From positions 3,436 through 67,435 of the forward strand of contig DATFYA010000187.1 of assembly GCA_035315345.1 (NCBI GenBank): DNA of 64,000 nucleotides, read 5' to 3'. This document shows, piece after piece, positions 20,140-29,165 of the stretch. The notes under the pieces are model-generated. The model worked only from the letters and a program-made list of their open reading frames with translations. It made no database searches and was not told the origin of the DNA. The stretch is from Candidatus Methylomirabilota bacterium (lineage in GTDB: Bacteria > Methylomirabilota > Methylomirabilia > Rokubacteriales > CSP1-6). The first letter of the stretch is position 1. Each line of letters opens with the position of its first letter. Both the position numbers and the translations under genes were made by a program.

Positions 20140-20997
20140 GTGCCCGCACCGGCGCGACCGGTGGTGGTGTGGATCCACGGCGGCTCGGTGGAGGACTCGT
20201 CGGTGATGGTGGCCGATCTCGAGCCGTTCGTCGGGCGCGTGCGCGCGCTCTTCCCGGATACGCGCGGCCACGGGCTCTCCTCGCGCTTCGAGCGCGTCGA
20301 GGACTACACCTACGCGCGCAAGGCCGAGGACCTGCTGGCGTGGCTGGACGTCCTCGGCGTGCGCGAGGCGGTCTGGGGCGGCGCCTCCATGGGCGGCGCG
20401 CTTTCGCTGTGGATCGCCGCGCACGCGCCGGAGCGCGCGCGGGCGGTGGTCTCGATCAGCGGACCACCCTACGAGCCCAGCGCCGAGGACAAGACGTGGT
20501 GGGCGCGCCACCGGCCGCTCGTCGAGGCCGGCCGCTTCGAGGACTACTTCGACGCCAACGTGCGCCTGCGCATGGGCGAGGCCGCGCTGGCCCGGCTCAA
20601 GGCGCGGCCGGATCGCTACGCCGAGCTGGCCGCCTCGCTGCGCCGCCACTCGGTGGCCTCGCTGCTGGCCCTGCTCGACGAGACGTACAGCCGCCAGGAG
20701 TGGCTCGCGGACTGCCGGCGCATTCGCTGCCCGGTGCAGGTGATCGCCGGCTCGGAGGACAGCTATCCGACCGTGGCCATGTCCCGCCGCGTCGCCGAGG
20801 CGATCCCCGGCGCGCGCTTCCACGTGGTCGAGGGCGGCCCCCACTTCCCCAACCGCACCCACCGTGCCGAAGTCCAGTCCGTCATCGCCACCTTCCTCGA
20901 CACGCTGGGGTCAGGTCTTGCATTACGACATTTTCTGGGACCTGGTGCGGCCGCCCTTCCCTCGAAATGTCGTAATGCAAGACCTGACCCCGGGTAG
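20140..20997 (+). CDS. alpha/beta hydrolase fold protein
   Basis: VVVWIHGG ... GASMGGAL nucleophile elbow ... EGGPHF. The true start may lie upstream (see findings). The last about 28 codons are read through an inverted-repeat element. Confidence 0.65.
   Translation: MPAPARPVVVWIHGGSVEDSSVMVADLEPFVGRVRALFPDTRGHGLSSRFERVEDYTYARKAEDLLAWLDVLGVREAVWGGASMGGALSLWIAAHAPERARAVVSISGPPYEPSAEDKTWWARHRPLVEAGRFEDYFDANVRLRMGEAALARLKARPDRYAELAASLRRHSVASLLALLDETYSRQEWLADCRRIRCPVQVIAGSEDSYPTVAMSRRVAEAIPGARFHVVEGGPHFPNRTHRAEVQSVIATFLDTLGSGLALRHFLGPGAAALPSKCRNARPDPG
20907..20991. repeat. 85-bp element with 27-bp terminal inverted repeats (GGGGTCAGGTCTTGCATTACGACATTT ... AAATGTCGTAATGCAAGACCTGACCCC)
   Basis: Perfect inverted arms flank a 31-bp core that contains a GCGGCCGC site. 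A second, shorter copy is at 54871-54913. Confidence 0.6.
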
Positions 20998-21008
20998 AAT
21001 CGGCCGCG

Positions 21009-21533
21009 ATGAACGAAGAGCAGCGGCGGATCCGGAGTTATCTCGTGACCCAGGCGGCCAAGCTGACGCCGGCCGCGATCGTGGAGAAGGTCCAGGCCGC
21101 GATGGCCGATCTGCGGGCCGCCGCAGTCGCGGTGCCGCCCGCGCGGTTCGCGGAGCGGCCGGAGCCCGCGGAGTGGAGCGGCAACGAGGTGATGGCCCAC
21201 GTCGTCGCCGCCGACGGTTACTTCGGCGGCGGGATCGGCCGGCTGCTGCGCGGTCAGCCGTCGGTGGGTCGACCGGAGGGCCGCGGCATCGAGGGCGCGC
21301 CGCTCCGTGCCGCCGAGGCCTGGTACGACCTGCTCGCCAGGCAGCGAGAAGACCTGTTCGCCGCGGTCCGGGCCGCCGATCCCGCCGCGGCGCCGGACCA
21401 GCGTATCGAGCATCCGATGTTCGGCCCGCTCACCTGGCGCGAGACGCTACTGTTCACCCGGCTGCACGACCTCGATCACGCCGGCCAGCTGCAGAAGATC
21501 GGCGCCGCCTTCGCGGCTCCGCGTCCGGTCTGA
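21009..21533 (+). CDS. DinB/YfiT-like (DinB_2) metal-dependent hydrolase family protein
   Basis: 174 aa with EWSGNEVMAHVVAADGYF and ETLLFTRLHDLDHAGQL histidine motifs, typical of the DinB four-helix bundle. Confidence 0.55.
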   Translation: MNEEQRRIRSYLVTQAAKLTPAAIVEKVQAAMADLRAAAVAVPPARFAERPEPAEWSGNEVMAHVVAADGYFGGGIGRLLRGQPSVGRPEGRGIEGAPLRAAEAWYDLLARQREDLFAAVRAADPAAAPDQRIEHPMFGPLTWRETLLFTRLHDLDHAGQLQKIGAAFAAPRPV

Positions 21534-22567
21534 TGCGCGTCGCCATCTCGCTGCGGCTGGCCCAGACCGACTGGGCCGAGGCCAGCGACTACGTCACCGA
21601 GGCCGAGCGGCTGGGCGTCGACTTCGTCTGGTCCGCGGAGGCCTGGGGCCACGACGGCGTCACCCCGCTGGCCTTCGTGGCCGCGCGCACCTCGCGCATC
21701 CGACTCGGCACTGGGATTCTTCAAGCGGGCACGCGCACCCCCGCGCTCCTCGCCATGACCGCGATGAGCCTCAACGCCATGTCGGGTGGCCGCTTCGTGC
21801 TGGGCCTGGGCGTCAGCGGGCCGCAGGTCATCGAGGGCTGGCACGGCATCCGGTTCGACCGTCCGGTGCTACGCATGCGGGAGACGGTCGAGATCGTCCG
21901 GCGCGCGATCCGCGGCGAGCGTCTTGAGTACAAGGGGCGCATCTACGAGCTGCCGCTGCCGGGCGGCGAGGGCAAGGCCATTCGCTCGGCGGCGCCGCCG
22001 CAGCCCGGCGTCCCGATCTATCTCGCGACGCTCTCGCCGCGAAGCCTCGAGATGACCGGTGAGATCGCCGACGGCTGGCTCGGCACCTCGTTCATGCCCG
22101 AGCACGCGCGCGTCTTCACCGACCACCTGGCCGCCGGCGCGGCGCGGGTCGGCCGCTCGCTGGCCGCGCTCGATCTGCAGGCCGGCGGCTTCGTGGCCTT
22201 CGGCGACGACGCGGCCCGGCTGATCCGCGCGCGCAAGCCCGGCCTCGCCTTCACCCTCGGGGCCATGGGCTCGCGCCAGCACAACTTCTACAACGACGCC
22301 TTCCGTCGCGCCGGCTACGAGGAGGTGGCCCGCGAGGTTCAGCGCCTGTGGCTGGACGGGCGACGCGAGGAGGCGGCCACGCGCGTGCCCGACGAGCTGG
22401 TGCTGGAGACCAACCTGCTCGGCACCGACGCGATGGTGCGCGCGCGCTTGCTCGCCTACCGCGACGCCGGGATCACGACCCTGCGCGTGGAGCCGGCGGG
22501 CGAAGGGCTCGCGGCGCGGCTCGCGACGCTCGGCCGGCTGCTGGACCTGGTCCGCGCGGTGGGATAG
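21533..22567 (+). CDS. LLM-class (luciferase-like) F420-dependent oxidoreductase
   Basis: MRVAISLRLAQTDWAEASDYVTEAERLGVDFVWSAEAWGHD... TIM-barrel LLM pattern. ATG overlaps the upstream stop. Confidence 0.8.
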   Translation: MRVAISLRLAQTDWAEASDYVTEAERLGVDFVWSAEAWGHDGVTPLAFVAARTSRIRLGTGILQAGTRTPALLAMTAMSLNAMSGGRFVLGLGVSGPQVIEGWHGIRFDRPVLRMRETVEIVRRAIRGERLEYKGRIYELPLPGGEGKAIRSAAPPQPGVPIYLATLSPRSLEMTGEIADGWLGTSFMPEHARVFTDHLAAGAARVGRSLAALDLQAGGFVAFGDDAARLIRARKPGLAFTLGAMGSRQHNFYNDAFRRAGYEEVAREVQRLWLDGRREEAATRVPDELVLETNLLGTDAMVRARLLAYRDAGITTLRVEPAGEGLAARLATLGRLLDLVRAVG

Positions 22568-22618
22568 CATGGCCCCCGGCTCTGCCCGAATGCATCCGCG
22601 ACCCGAGAGGAGTGCCCC

Positions 22619-23800
22619 ATGGATCTGAACTACTCGCCGGACGAGCTGGCGTTCCGTGATGAGGTGCGCGGCTGGCTGCGCGCCAATCTCCCCGACGATC
22701 TTCGCCAGAAGATGGAGAGCTACCAGGAGCTGTCGAGGGAGGAGCTGCTGCGCTGGCACAAGATCCTGGCCAGGAAGGGCTGGGTTGCCCCCGACTGGCC
22801 GCCGGAGTGGGGCGGCACCGACTGGAACGTGGTGCAGCGCTACATCTTCGAGGAGGAGTGCGGCTACGCGGCGACGCCGATGATCGTGCCCTTCGGGGTC
22901 CGGATGTGCGCGCCGGTGCTGCTGCAGTTCGGCACCGAGGCCCAGAAGAAGCGGTTCCTGCCGCGCATCTACCACGGCGAGGACTTCTGGTGCCAGGGCT
23001 ACTCGGAGCCCGGCTCGGGCTCCGACCTCGCCTCGCTCAAGACGCGCGCGGTGCGGGACGGGGACCGCTACGTGGTGACGGGCCAGAAGATCTGGACCAC
23101 GCTGGCCCATCACGCGGACTGGATCTTCTGCCTCGTGCGCACCGATCCCAACACCGGCAAGCGCCAGGACGGCATCTCGTTCCTCCTGATCGACATGAAG
23201 ACGCCCGGCATCACGGTGCGGCCGATCGTGTTGATGGACGGCAGCAAGGAAGTCAACGAGGTCTTCTTCGACGACGTGGCCGTACCGGCGGAGAACCTCG
23301 TCCACGAGGAGGGGAAGGGCTGGACGGTGGCCAAGTACCTGCTGGGCTACGAGCGGATGGGCACCGGCCGCATCGGCGCCTCCAAGCGCGAGCTGGCCCG
23401 GCTCAAGGAGCTGGCCGGCGAGCAGATGAAGGACGGCCGCCCCCTCATCGAGGACGCGCGCTTCCGCGACCGGCTGACCCGGGTGGAGATCGAGCTGATG
23501 GCGCTGGAGATCACCAACCTGCGCTTCCTGGATCAGATGCGGCGCAGCGGCCGGCCCCCCGGTGCCGACGTGTCGATGCTCAAGATCAAGGGCACCGAGA
23601 TCCAGCAGTCCATCACCGAGCTGATGATGCAGGCCGCGGGGCCGCTCGCCCAGGCCTTCCGCCCCGTCGACGCGATGGACTTCGACCACTTCACCGCCCG
23701 CCTGGCGCCGCGGTACTGCAACCTGCGCAAGGCCACGATCTACGCGGGCTCCAACGAGATCCAGCGCAACATCATCGCGAAGGCCACCCTCGGCCTGTAG
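22619..23800 (+). CDS. acyl-CoA dehydrogenase
   Basis: 393 aa with WCQGYSEPGSGSDLASLKTRAVRDGDRYVVTGQKIWTT and a C-terminal YAGSNEIQRNIIAK motif containing the catalytic Glu. Confidence 0.85.
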   Translation: MDLNYSPDELAFRDEVRGWLRANLPDDLRQKMESYQELSREELLRWHKILARKGWVAPDWPPEWGGTDWNVVQRYIFEEECGYAATPMIVPFGVRMCAPVLLQFGTEAQKKRFLPRIYHGEDFWCQGYSEPGSGSDLASLKTRAVRDGDRYVVTGQKIWTTLAHHADWIFCLVRTDPNTGKRQDGISFLLIDMKTPGITVRPIVLMDGSKEVNEVFFDDVAVPAENLVHEEGKGWTVAKYLLGYERMGTGRIGASKRELARLKELAGEQMKDGRPLIEDARFRDRLTRVEIELMALEITNLRFLDQMRRSGRPPGADVSMLKIKGTEIQQSITELMMQAAGPLAQAFRPVDAMDFDHFTARLAPRYCNLRKATIYAGSNEIQRNIIAKATLGL

Positions 23801-23833
23801 AAGGCGACGCGGCGGGCGGGGGGGCGATGTCCG

Positions 23834-23990
23834 GCGGGATCGGGGGGTGGTCGTGGGGGGTCCTCTGACCACGTCCCGCGAGTCCGCGGCGACCGGAATT
23901 GGAGTTCCCAAGCTGGGCGCTGGAAGGGCGGTCTTCACCGGGCAGGAACGGGTCAGCCGGACCCCCCACGACCACCCCCCGACCCCGCCC
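23834..23990. repeat. large inverted repeat (31-bp G-rich/C-rich arms, one mismatch, about 95-bp spacer) in the ACAD intergenic region
   Basis: Left arm is ggcgggatcggggggtggtcgtggggggtcc. The right arm ggaccccccacgaccaccccccgaccccgcc is its reverse complement apart from one base. Confidence 0.5.
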
Positions 23991-24032
23991 AGCGTCGCGG
24001 CACGCATGAACCGTCCTCGTCAGGAGTGAGCG

Positions 24033-25178
24033 ATGAATTTCGATCTGAGTGAGGAGCAGCAACTGCTGGCGGACAGCCTCAAGCGGTACCTGGCCAACGA
24101 GTACACGATGGACGCGCGGAGCAAGATCGTGGACTCGCCCACCGGCTGGAGCGAGAAGGTGTGGGCGGCGTTCGCGGAGATGGGGTTGCTCGGCGTGCCT
24201 TTCGCCGAGGAGCACGGCGGCTTCGGGGGCAGCGCGGTGGACGTGATGCTGGTCATGGAGGCGCTGGGCGAGGGGCTCGTGGTCGAGCCCTACTGGGTCA
24301 ACGTGGGGCTGGGCGGCCGGTTGATCGCGCGAGCCGGCTCGGAGGCGCAGCAGAAGCGCATCCTGCCCCCGCTGATCCAGGGCAAGCACCGGCTCGCCTT
24401 CGCCCATACCGAGCGCGGCGCGCGCTACGACCTCGGTCACGTGCAGGCGCGGGCCAAGAAGAGCGGCGCCGGCTACACGCTCGAGGGCGAGAAGCGCGCG
24501 GTGCTGGCAGGCGCCTCGGCCGACACGCTGATCGTCTCCGCCCGCACGAGCGGCGGCGCCACCGATCCGGCCGGCCTCAGCCTCTTCCTGGTCGAGCGCT
24601 CCGCGCCCGGCGTGACGGTCAAGGAGTACCGGACCATCGACGAGCTGCGCGCCGCCGACGTGTGGCTATCGGACGTCTCGGTGCCGGCCGCGGCGCGGCT
24701 CGGCGACGAAGGTCGCGCGCTGCCCCTCATCGAGGACGCGGCCGACTACGCCACCGCGCTGCTCTGCGCCGAGGCGGTGGGTGCCATCCGATTCGCCAAC
24801 GAGGCGACGCTCGAGTACCTCAAGACCCGGCGGCAGTTCGGGGTGCCGATCGGCAGCTTCCAGGCGCTCCAGCACCGGATGGTGGACATGGTGATCAGCT
24901 ACGAGCAGGCGCGATCGATGGCGTGCCTGGCCTGCGTGAAGGTCGACACCGCGCCCCCCGCCGAGCGGCGCCATGCGGTGTCGGCGGCCAAGGTCAAGGT
25001 GGCCGACGCCTGCCGCCACGTGAGCCAGGAGGCGGTGCAGCTGCACGGCGGCATGGGCATGACCGAGGAGCTGAAGATCAGCCATACCTTCCGCCGGCTC
25101 ACCATGATCGGGCAGACCTTCGGCGACGCCGAGCACCATCTCGAGCGCTTCGCACGGAGCGAGGTGGCGGGCGGCTGA
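24033..25178 (+). CDS. acyl-CoA dehydrogenase family protein (second subunit candidate)
   Basis: 381 aa with MNFDLSEEQQLLADSLKRYL, and FGVPIGSFQALQHRMVDM in the C-terminal helical domain. Confidence 0.85.
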   Translation: MNFDLSEEQQLLADSLKRYLANEYTMDARSKIVDSPTGWSEKVWAAFAEMGLLGVPFAEEHGGFGGSAVDVMLVMEALGEGLVVEPYWVNVGLGGRLIARAGSEAQQKRILPPLIQGKHRLAFAHTERGARYDLGHVQARAKKSGAGYTLEGEKRAVLAGASADTLIVSARTSGGATDPAGLSLFLVERSAPGVTVKEYRTIDELRAADVWLSDVSVPAAARLGDEGRALPLIEDAADYATALLCAEAVGAIRFANEATLEYLKTRRQFGVPIGSFQALQHRMVDMVISYEQARSMACLACVKVDTAPPAERRHAVSAAKVKVADACRHVSQEAVQLHGGMGMTEELKISHTFRRLTMIGQTFGDAEHHLERFARSEVAGG

Positions 25179-25228
25179 CGACGTCAAAAGTTGACTCGTC
25201 GCCGGGCTTCCACCCATAGTCGTCCGAT

Positions 25229-26380
25229 ATGGACGGGCAGGAACCGACCGGGCCGCCCTCGTTCTTCCGCAAGCCCGCGCCTCCGGGCGGTCCCGCGTCC
25301 CGATCGATAGAGCCCTCCGCCGCGCCACCACCCCCGCCGCCACCGCCGCCCTCGCTCCCGCCGGCGCCCCCGCTCCCGCCGGCGCCCCCGCTCGGCGGCG
25401 AGCCACCCCGGTTCGGGCCGGCGCCCCCCTCCGACTTCGATGGCATTCGCCACCCGGTGTTCCACGGCACCGGAGGCACACTGTTCGGCATCCACGTCGT
25501 CAATACGCTGCTCATCCTCGTCACGCTCGGGATCTACTACTTCTGGGCGAAGACGCGGGTGCGCCGCTACCTGGCCGGGCAGACGGAGATGGAGCTGGAT
25601 CGCTTCGCCTACCACGGCACCGCGAAGGAGCTCCTGCTGGGCACCTTGAAGGCGGTGGTCGTGTTCGGTCTTCCCGTGCTGCTGCTCAATTTCATCCGCG
25701 ACGTCCTGGAGGTGCCCGCCACCCTGAAGGTCATCGCCGGGGTCATCTCCGGCAGCCTCATCTTCGTGTTCTTCCCGGTGGCGGTGGTAGGGGCCCGCCG
25801 GTATCGCCTGAGCCGCATGTCCTGGCGAGGGATCCGCTTCTCGTTCCGCGGCCGGGTCTGGGACATGGTGAAGATCTTCATCCTCGGCACGTTCCTGACC
25901 GGCGTGACCCTCGGGCTGTACTACCCGTTCTTCCTCGTCGATCGCCAGCGCTTCCTCGTCTCGCACTCCTATTTCGGCAGCGAGCGGTTCGGCTTCACCG
26001 GCCGCGGACGGGAGCTGTTCGGGCCGTTCGTGGTCGCGATCCTGCTGACGCTGCCCACGCTCGGGTTGATCTGGGTATGGTACGTGGCGCGCAAGCGCCG
26101 CTTCTTCTGGGATCACACCAGCCTGGGCCCGGCGCGCTTCTCCTGTCACGTGACCGGCGGCGCGCTGCTGGGACTCTGGATGGTCAACGCGATCCTGCTC
26201 GTGGGCACGCTGGGGATCGCGTGGCCGTGGGTGCGCGTGCGCAACATCGACTTCACCTTCCGCTACCTGGCCCTGGTCGGGCCGCTCGATCTCGCCCGCA
26301 TCGAGCAGCAGGCGCAGCAGGCGGGAAGCACCGGCGAGGGCCTGTCCGGCTTCTTCGACTCCGGCTTCGACCTGGCCTGA
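25229..26380 (+). CDS. DUF898 (YjgN-like) inner membrane protein with proline-rich N-terminus
   Basis: Repeated TLGIYYFW / TLGLYYPFF / TLGIAWPWVRVRN motifs. N-terminal PPPPPPPPPSLPPAPPLPPAPP tract. Confidence 0.7.
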   Translation: MDGQEPTGPPSFFRKPAPPGGPASRSIEPSAAPPPPPPPPPSLPPAPPLPPAPPLGGEPPRFGPAPPSDFDGIRHPVFHGTGGTLFGIHVVNTLLILVTLGIYYFWAKTRVRRYLAGQTEMELDRFAYHGTAKELLLGTLKAVVVFGLPVLLLNFIRDVLEVPATLKVIAGVISGSLIFVFFPVAVVGARRYRLSRMSWRGIRFSFRGRVWDMVKIFILGTFLTGVTLGLYYPFFLVDRQRFLVSHSYFGSERFGFTGRGRELFGPFVVAILLTLPTLGLIWVWYVARKRRFFWDHTSLGPARFSCHVTGGALLGLWMVNAILLVGTLGIAWPWVRVRNIDFTFRYLALVGPLDLARIEQQAQQAGSTGEGLSGFFDSGFDLA

Positions 26381-26428
26381 GCCGCGGCCTCCGATGGGCC
26401 GGCCGTCGCTCCCGCTGCCCGCCCCCTG

Positions 26429-27523
26429 ATGCGCACCGATTGGGAGGGTGTCTACCTCGACGGCCGCACCGCGGCCCGGCAGCCCGCCACCATCCGGCTC
26501 ATGCGCGAGGCCATCGAGATCACGCCGGCGGGCGGGGCGACGCGGCTCTGGCCCTACCGCGAGCTTCGCCAGACGCAGGGTTTCTACGCGGGCGAGCAGG
26601 TACGCCTGGAGCGAGGCGGCGATCTGCCCGAGACGCTGCTGGTGTCCGACCGCGCGTTCCTCGAGAGCCTCCACGAGGCGGCGCCGCACGTGGGCCCGCG
26701 CTTCCACGACCCGGGCCGGCGTCGCGCGCGACTGCGCTGGACCATCGCGGCCGGGGCCGGGGTGATCGCGGCCGCGGTCGCGATCTACGTGTGGGGGATT
26801 CCCGCGCTGGCCGCGCTGGTGGCGCCGCGGGTGCCGGTCACGTGGGAGGAGAGCGTTGGCCGCGCGGCCATCGCGCACCTGGCGCCGCCGGGCCGGCGCT
26901 GTGGCGATGCCGACCTGGCGCGCGTGATGGACGAGATGGTGCGGCGGCTGACCGCGCCCGGTCCGCCGTCACCGTACACGTTCCGGGTGTCGGTGGTGAA
27001 TCGCCCGGTGGTGAACGCGCTGGCCGTCCCGGGCGGCTACGTGGTGGTGTTCCGCGGGCTGCTCGAGCGGACCGTCACGCCCGAGGAGATGGCCGGCGTC
27101 ATGGCTCACGAGCTACAGCACGTGCTGCATCGCCACGCGACCCGGGCCGTCATCCAGGACGCCTCCACCGGCCTCCTGCTCATGGCCCTCACCGGCGACG
27201 TGACCGGCCCGCTCGCCTACGGCCTGCAGACCGCGCGCACCCTCGGCGACCTGCGATACTCGCGGCGCGCCGAGGAGGAAGCGGATACCGATGGCATGAA
27301 GATGATGCTGGCGGCGCGCCTGGATCCCGCGGGCATGATCACCTTCTTCGAGCGGATCCAGAAGGAGGAAGGCGGTGCCCCGCGCGCGCTGACCTATCTC
27401 TCCACGCATCCGCTCGCCGCCGACCGCCTCCAGCGCCTGAAGGCGATGGCCGCGGCCTGGACCGGCGCGCCCGAGCCCCTCGTGCCCGGTGACCGATGGG
27501 CCGACGTGGCGAAGCGCTGCTGA
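26429..27523 (+). CDS. M48 family zinc metallopeptidase with about 120-aa N-terminal domain and TM anchor
   Basis: HELQHVLHRH zinc-binding HExxH motif, downstream EEEAD, and a TM helix TIAAGAGVIAAAVAIYVWGIPALAALV. Confidence 0.75.
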   Translation: MRTDWEGVYLDGRTAARQPATIRLMREAIEITPAGGATRLWPYRELRQTQGFYAGEQVRLERGGDLPETLLVSDRAFLESLHEAAPHVGPRFHDPGRRRARLRWTIAAGAGVIAAAVAIYVWGIPALAALVAPRVPVTWEESVGRAAIAHLAPPGRRCGDADLARVMDEMVRRLTAPGPPSPYTFRVSVVNRPVVNALAVPGGYVVVFRGLLERTVTPEEMAGVMAHELQHVLHRHATRAVIQDASTGLLLMALTGDVTGPLAYGLQTARTLGDLRYSRRAEEEADTDGMKMMLAARLDPAGMITFFERIQKEEGGAPRALTYLSTHPLAADRLQRLKAMAAAWTGAPEPLVPGDRWADVAKRC

Positions 27524-27529
27524 CCCGCC

Positions 27530-29149
27530 TCAGGTCTTCGGCGTCCAGGCTTTGAAGCGCTCTCGCAGCACCTTCTTGTCGAACTTGCCCACGCTCGTCT
27601 TGGGCACCGCCTCGATGAAGACCACCTCGTCGGGCAGCCACCACTTGGCCACCCGCGGCTTGAGGTATTCGTAGATCTCGTCGGTGGTGAGCCGGCCTCG
27701 ATGCTCGGGCTTGGGCACGACGCAGGCCAGCGGCCGCTCCACCCAGCGCTCGTGCGGCACCGCGATGACCGCGGCCTCCAGGACTTTGGGGTGGCCCATG
27801 ATGGTGGTCTCCATGTCCACGCTCGAGATCCACTCGCCGCCCGACTTGATCAGGTCCTTGGTGCGGTCGGTGATCTGGATGTAGCCGTCGGGATCGAGGG
27901 TGGCCACGTCCCCGGTGCGGAACCAGCCGTCCTCGGTGAACTGGGCCGCACCCTCGGGGTTGTTGTAGTAGCCGCTCGTGATCCACGGCCCGCGCACCTG
28001 GATCTCGCCCGCGCTCTTGCCGTCCCACGGCAGGACGGTGCCGCGGTCGTCGACGATTCGCATGTCCACGCCCGCGACGGGAGCCCCCTGCTTGGCCCGC
28101 ACCGCGTAGCGCTCGTCCTCGGTGAGCGCGTCCATGTAGGAGCGCGGACGGCACACGCTGCCGAGCGGGGTCATCTCGGTCATGCCCCAGGCGTGCAGCA
28201 TGTAGGCGCCGTACTTCTTGTCGAACAGCTCGATGAGCGAGCGGGGCGCCGCCGACCCGCCGATCGGGATGCAGCGGATCGAGGAGATGTCCCACTGCGG
28301 CTCTTTGTCGAGAATCGCCTGGATGGCGATCCAGACCGTGGGCACCGCCCCCACCACCGTGACCTTCTCGTGGTGGACGATCTCGATGATGTCGCGCGGC
28401 TGCGGATTCGGCCCGCCGAAGATCTGGGTCGCCCCGTTCATGACGCCCGCGAAGGGCACGCACCACGCGTTGGCGTGGAACATCGGCACGATGTGCAGGA
28501 TCACGTCGCGCTCGCAGATGCCGAGCACGTCCACCGAGGACGAGGCGAAGCAGTGCAGGTAGATCGCGCGGTGCGTGTAGACGACCCCCTTCGGATGCCC
28601 GGTGGTGCCGGAGGTATAGCAGATGCCGGCCGCGTCGGTCTCCTCGATGCGCGGCCACGCGGTCACCGGCGGAGTGCCCGTCACGAGCTGCTCGTAGTCC
28701 AGGGCGCCCGCGGGGATCACCGCGTCCGGGGTGTCCTTCATCACGATGATGTGCTTGACGGTCGTGAGGTCGCGCCGGATGGGCTCGAGAAGGTGCCAGA
28801 GGCTGGCGTCGACGATCAGCACCTCGTCGCCCGCGTGGTTGACGATGTAGGTGATGTCCTGGGCGGAGAGGCGGATGTTGACGGTGTGGAGCACCAGGCC
28901 CATGAGCGGGGCCGCGAAGTAGACCTCCATGTGCCGGTGCGAGTTCCACGCGAACGTCCCGACCCGCGCCCCTTTCTGGAGGCCCAATCCCCGCAGCGCG
29001 CCGGCGAGGCGGCAGACACGGTCGGCGTAGTCGCCGTACGTGTAGCGCTGCAGGCCCACCCCCGGCACGCGCGTGGCCATGGTCTTCCGGTGGAAGAGCC
29101 GGCGCGTGCGTTCGAAGAACTGCGTGAGGGTGAGGGGGTAGTCCATCAT
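27530..29149 (-). CDS. long-chain fatty acid-CoA ligase (AMP-binding)
   Basis: [19 protein letters not shown] ... [17 protein letters not shown] ... SGGEWISS ... [11 protein letters not shown]. Start chosen at the MMDYP Met, preceded by AGAGG. ORF 27530..29251. Confidence 0.8.
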   Translation of the reverse strand: MMDYPLTLTQFFERTRRLFHRKTMATRVPGVGLQRYTYGDYADRVCRLAGALRGLGLQKGARVGTFAWNSHRHMEVYFAAPLMGLVLHTVNIRLSAQDITYIVNHAGDEVLIVDASLWHLLEPIRRDLTTVKHIIVMKDTPDAVIPAGALDYEQLVTGTPPVTAWPRIEETDAAGICYTSGTTGHPKGVVYTHRAIYLHCFASSSVDVLGICERDVILHIVPMFHANAWCVPFAGVMNGATQIFGGPNPQPRDIIEIVHHEKVTVVGAVPTVWIAIQAILDKEPQWDISSIRCIPIGGSAAPRSLIELFDKKYGAYMLHAWGMTEMTPLGSVCRPRSYMDALTEDERYAVRAKQGAPVAGVDMRIVDDRGTVLPWDGKSAGEIQVRGPWITSGYYNNPEGAAQFTEDGWFRTGDVATLDPDGYIQITDRTKDLIKSGGEWISSVDMETTIMGHPKVLEAAVIAVPHERWVERPLACVVPKPEHRGRLTTDEIYEYLKPRVAKWWLPDEVVFIEAVPKTSVGKFDKKVLRERFKAWTPKT

Positions 29150-29165
29150 CAGGCCTCTCATGACG

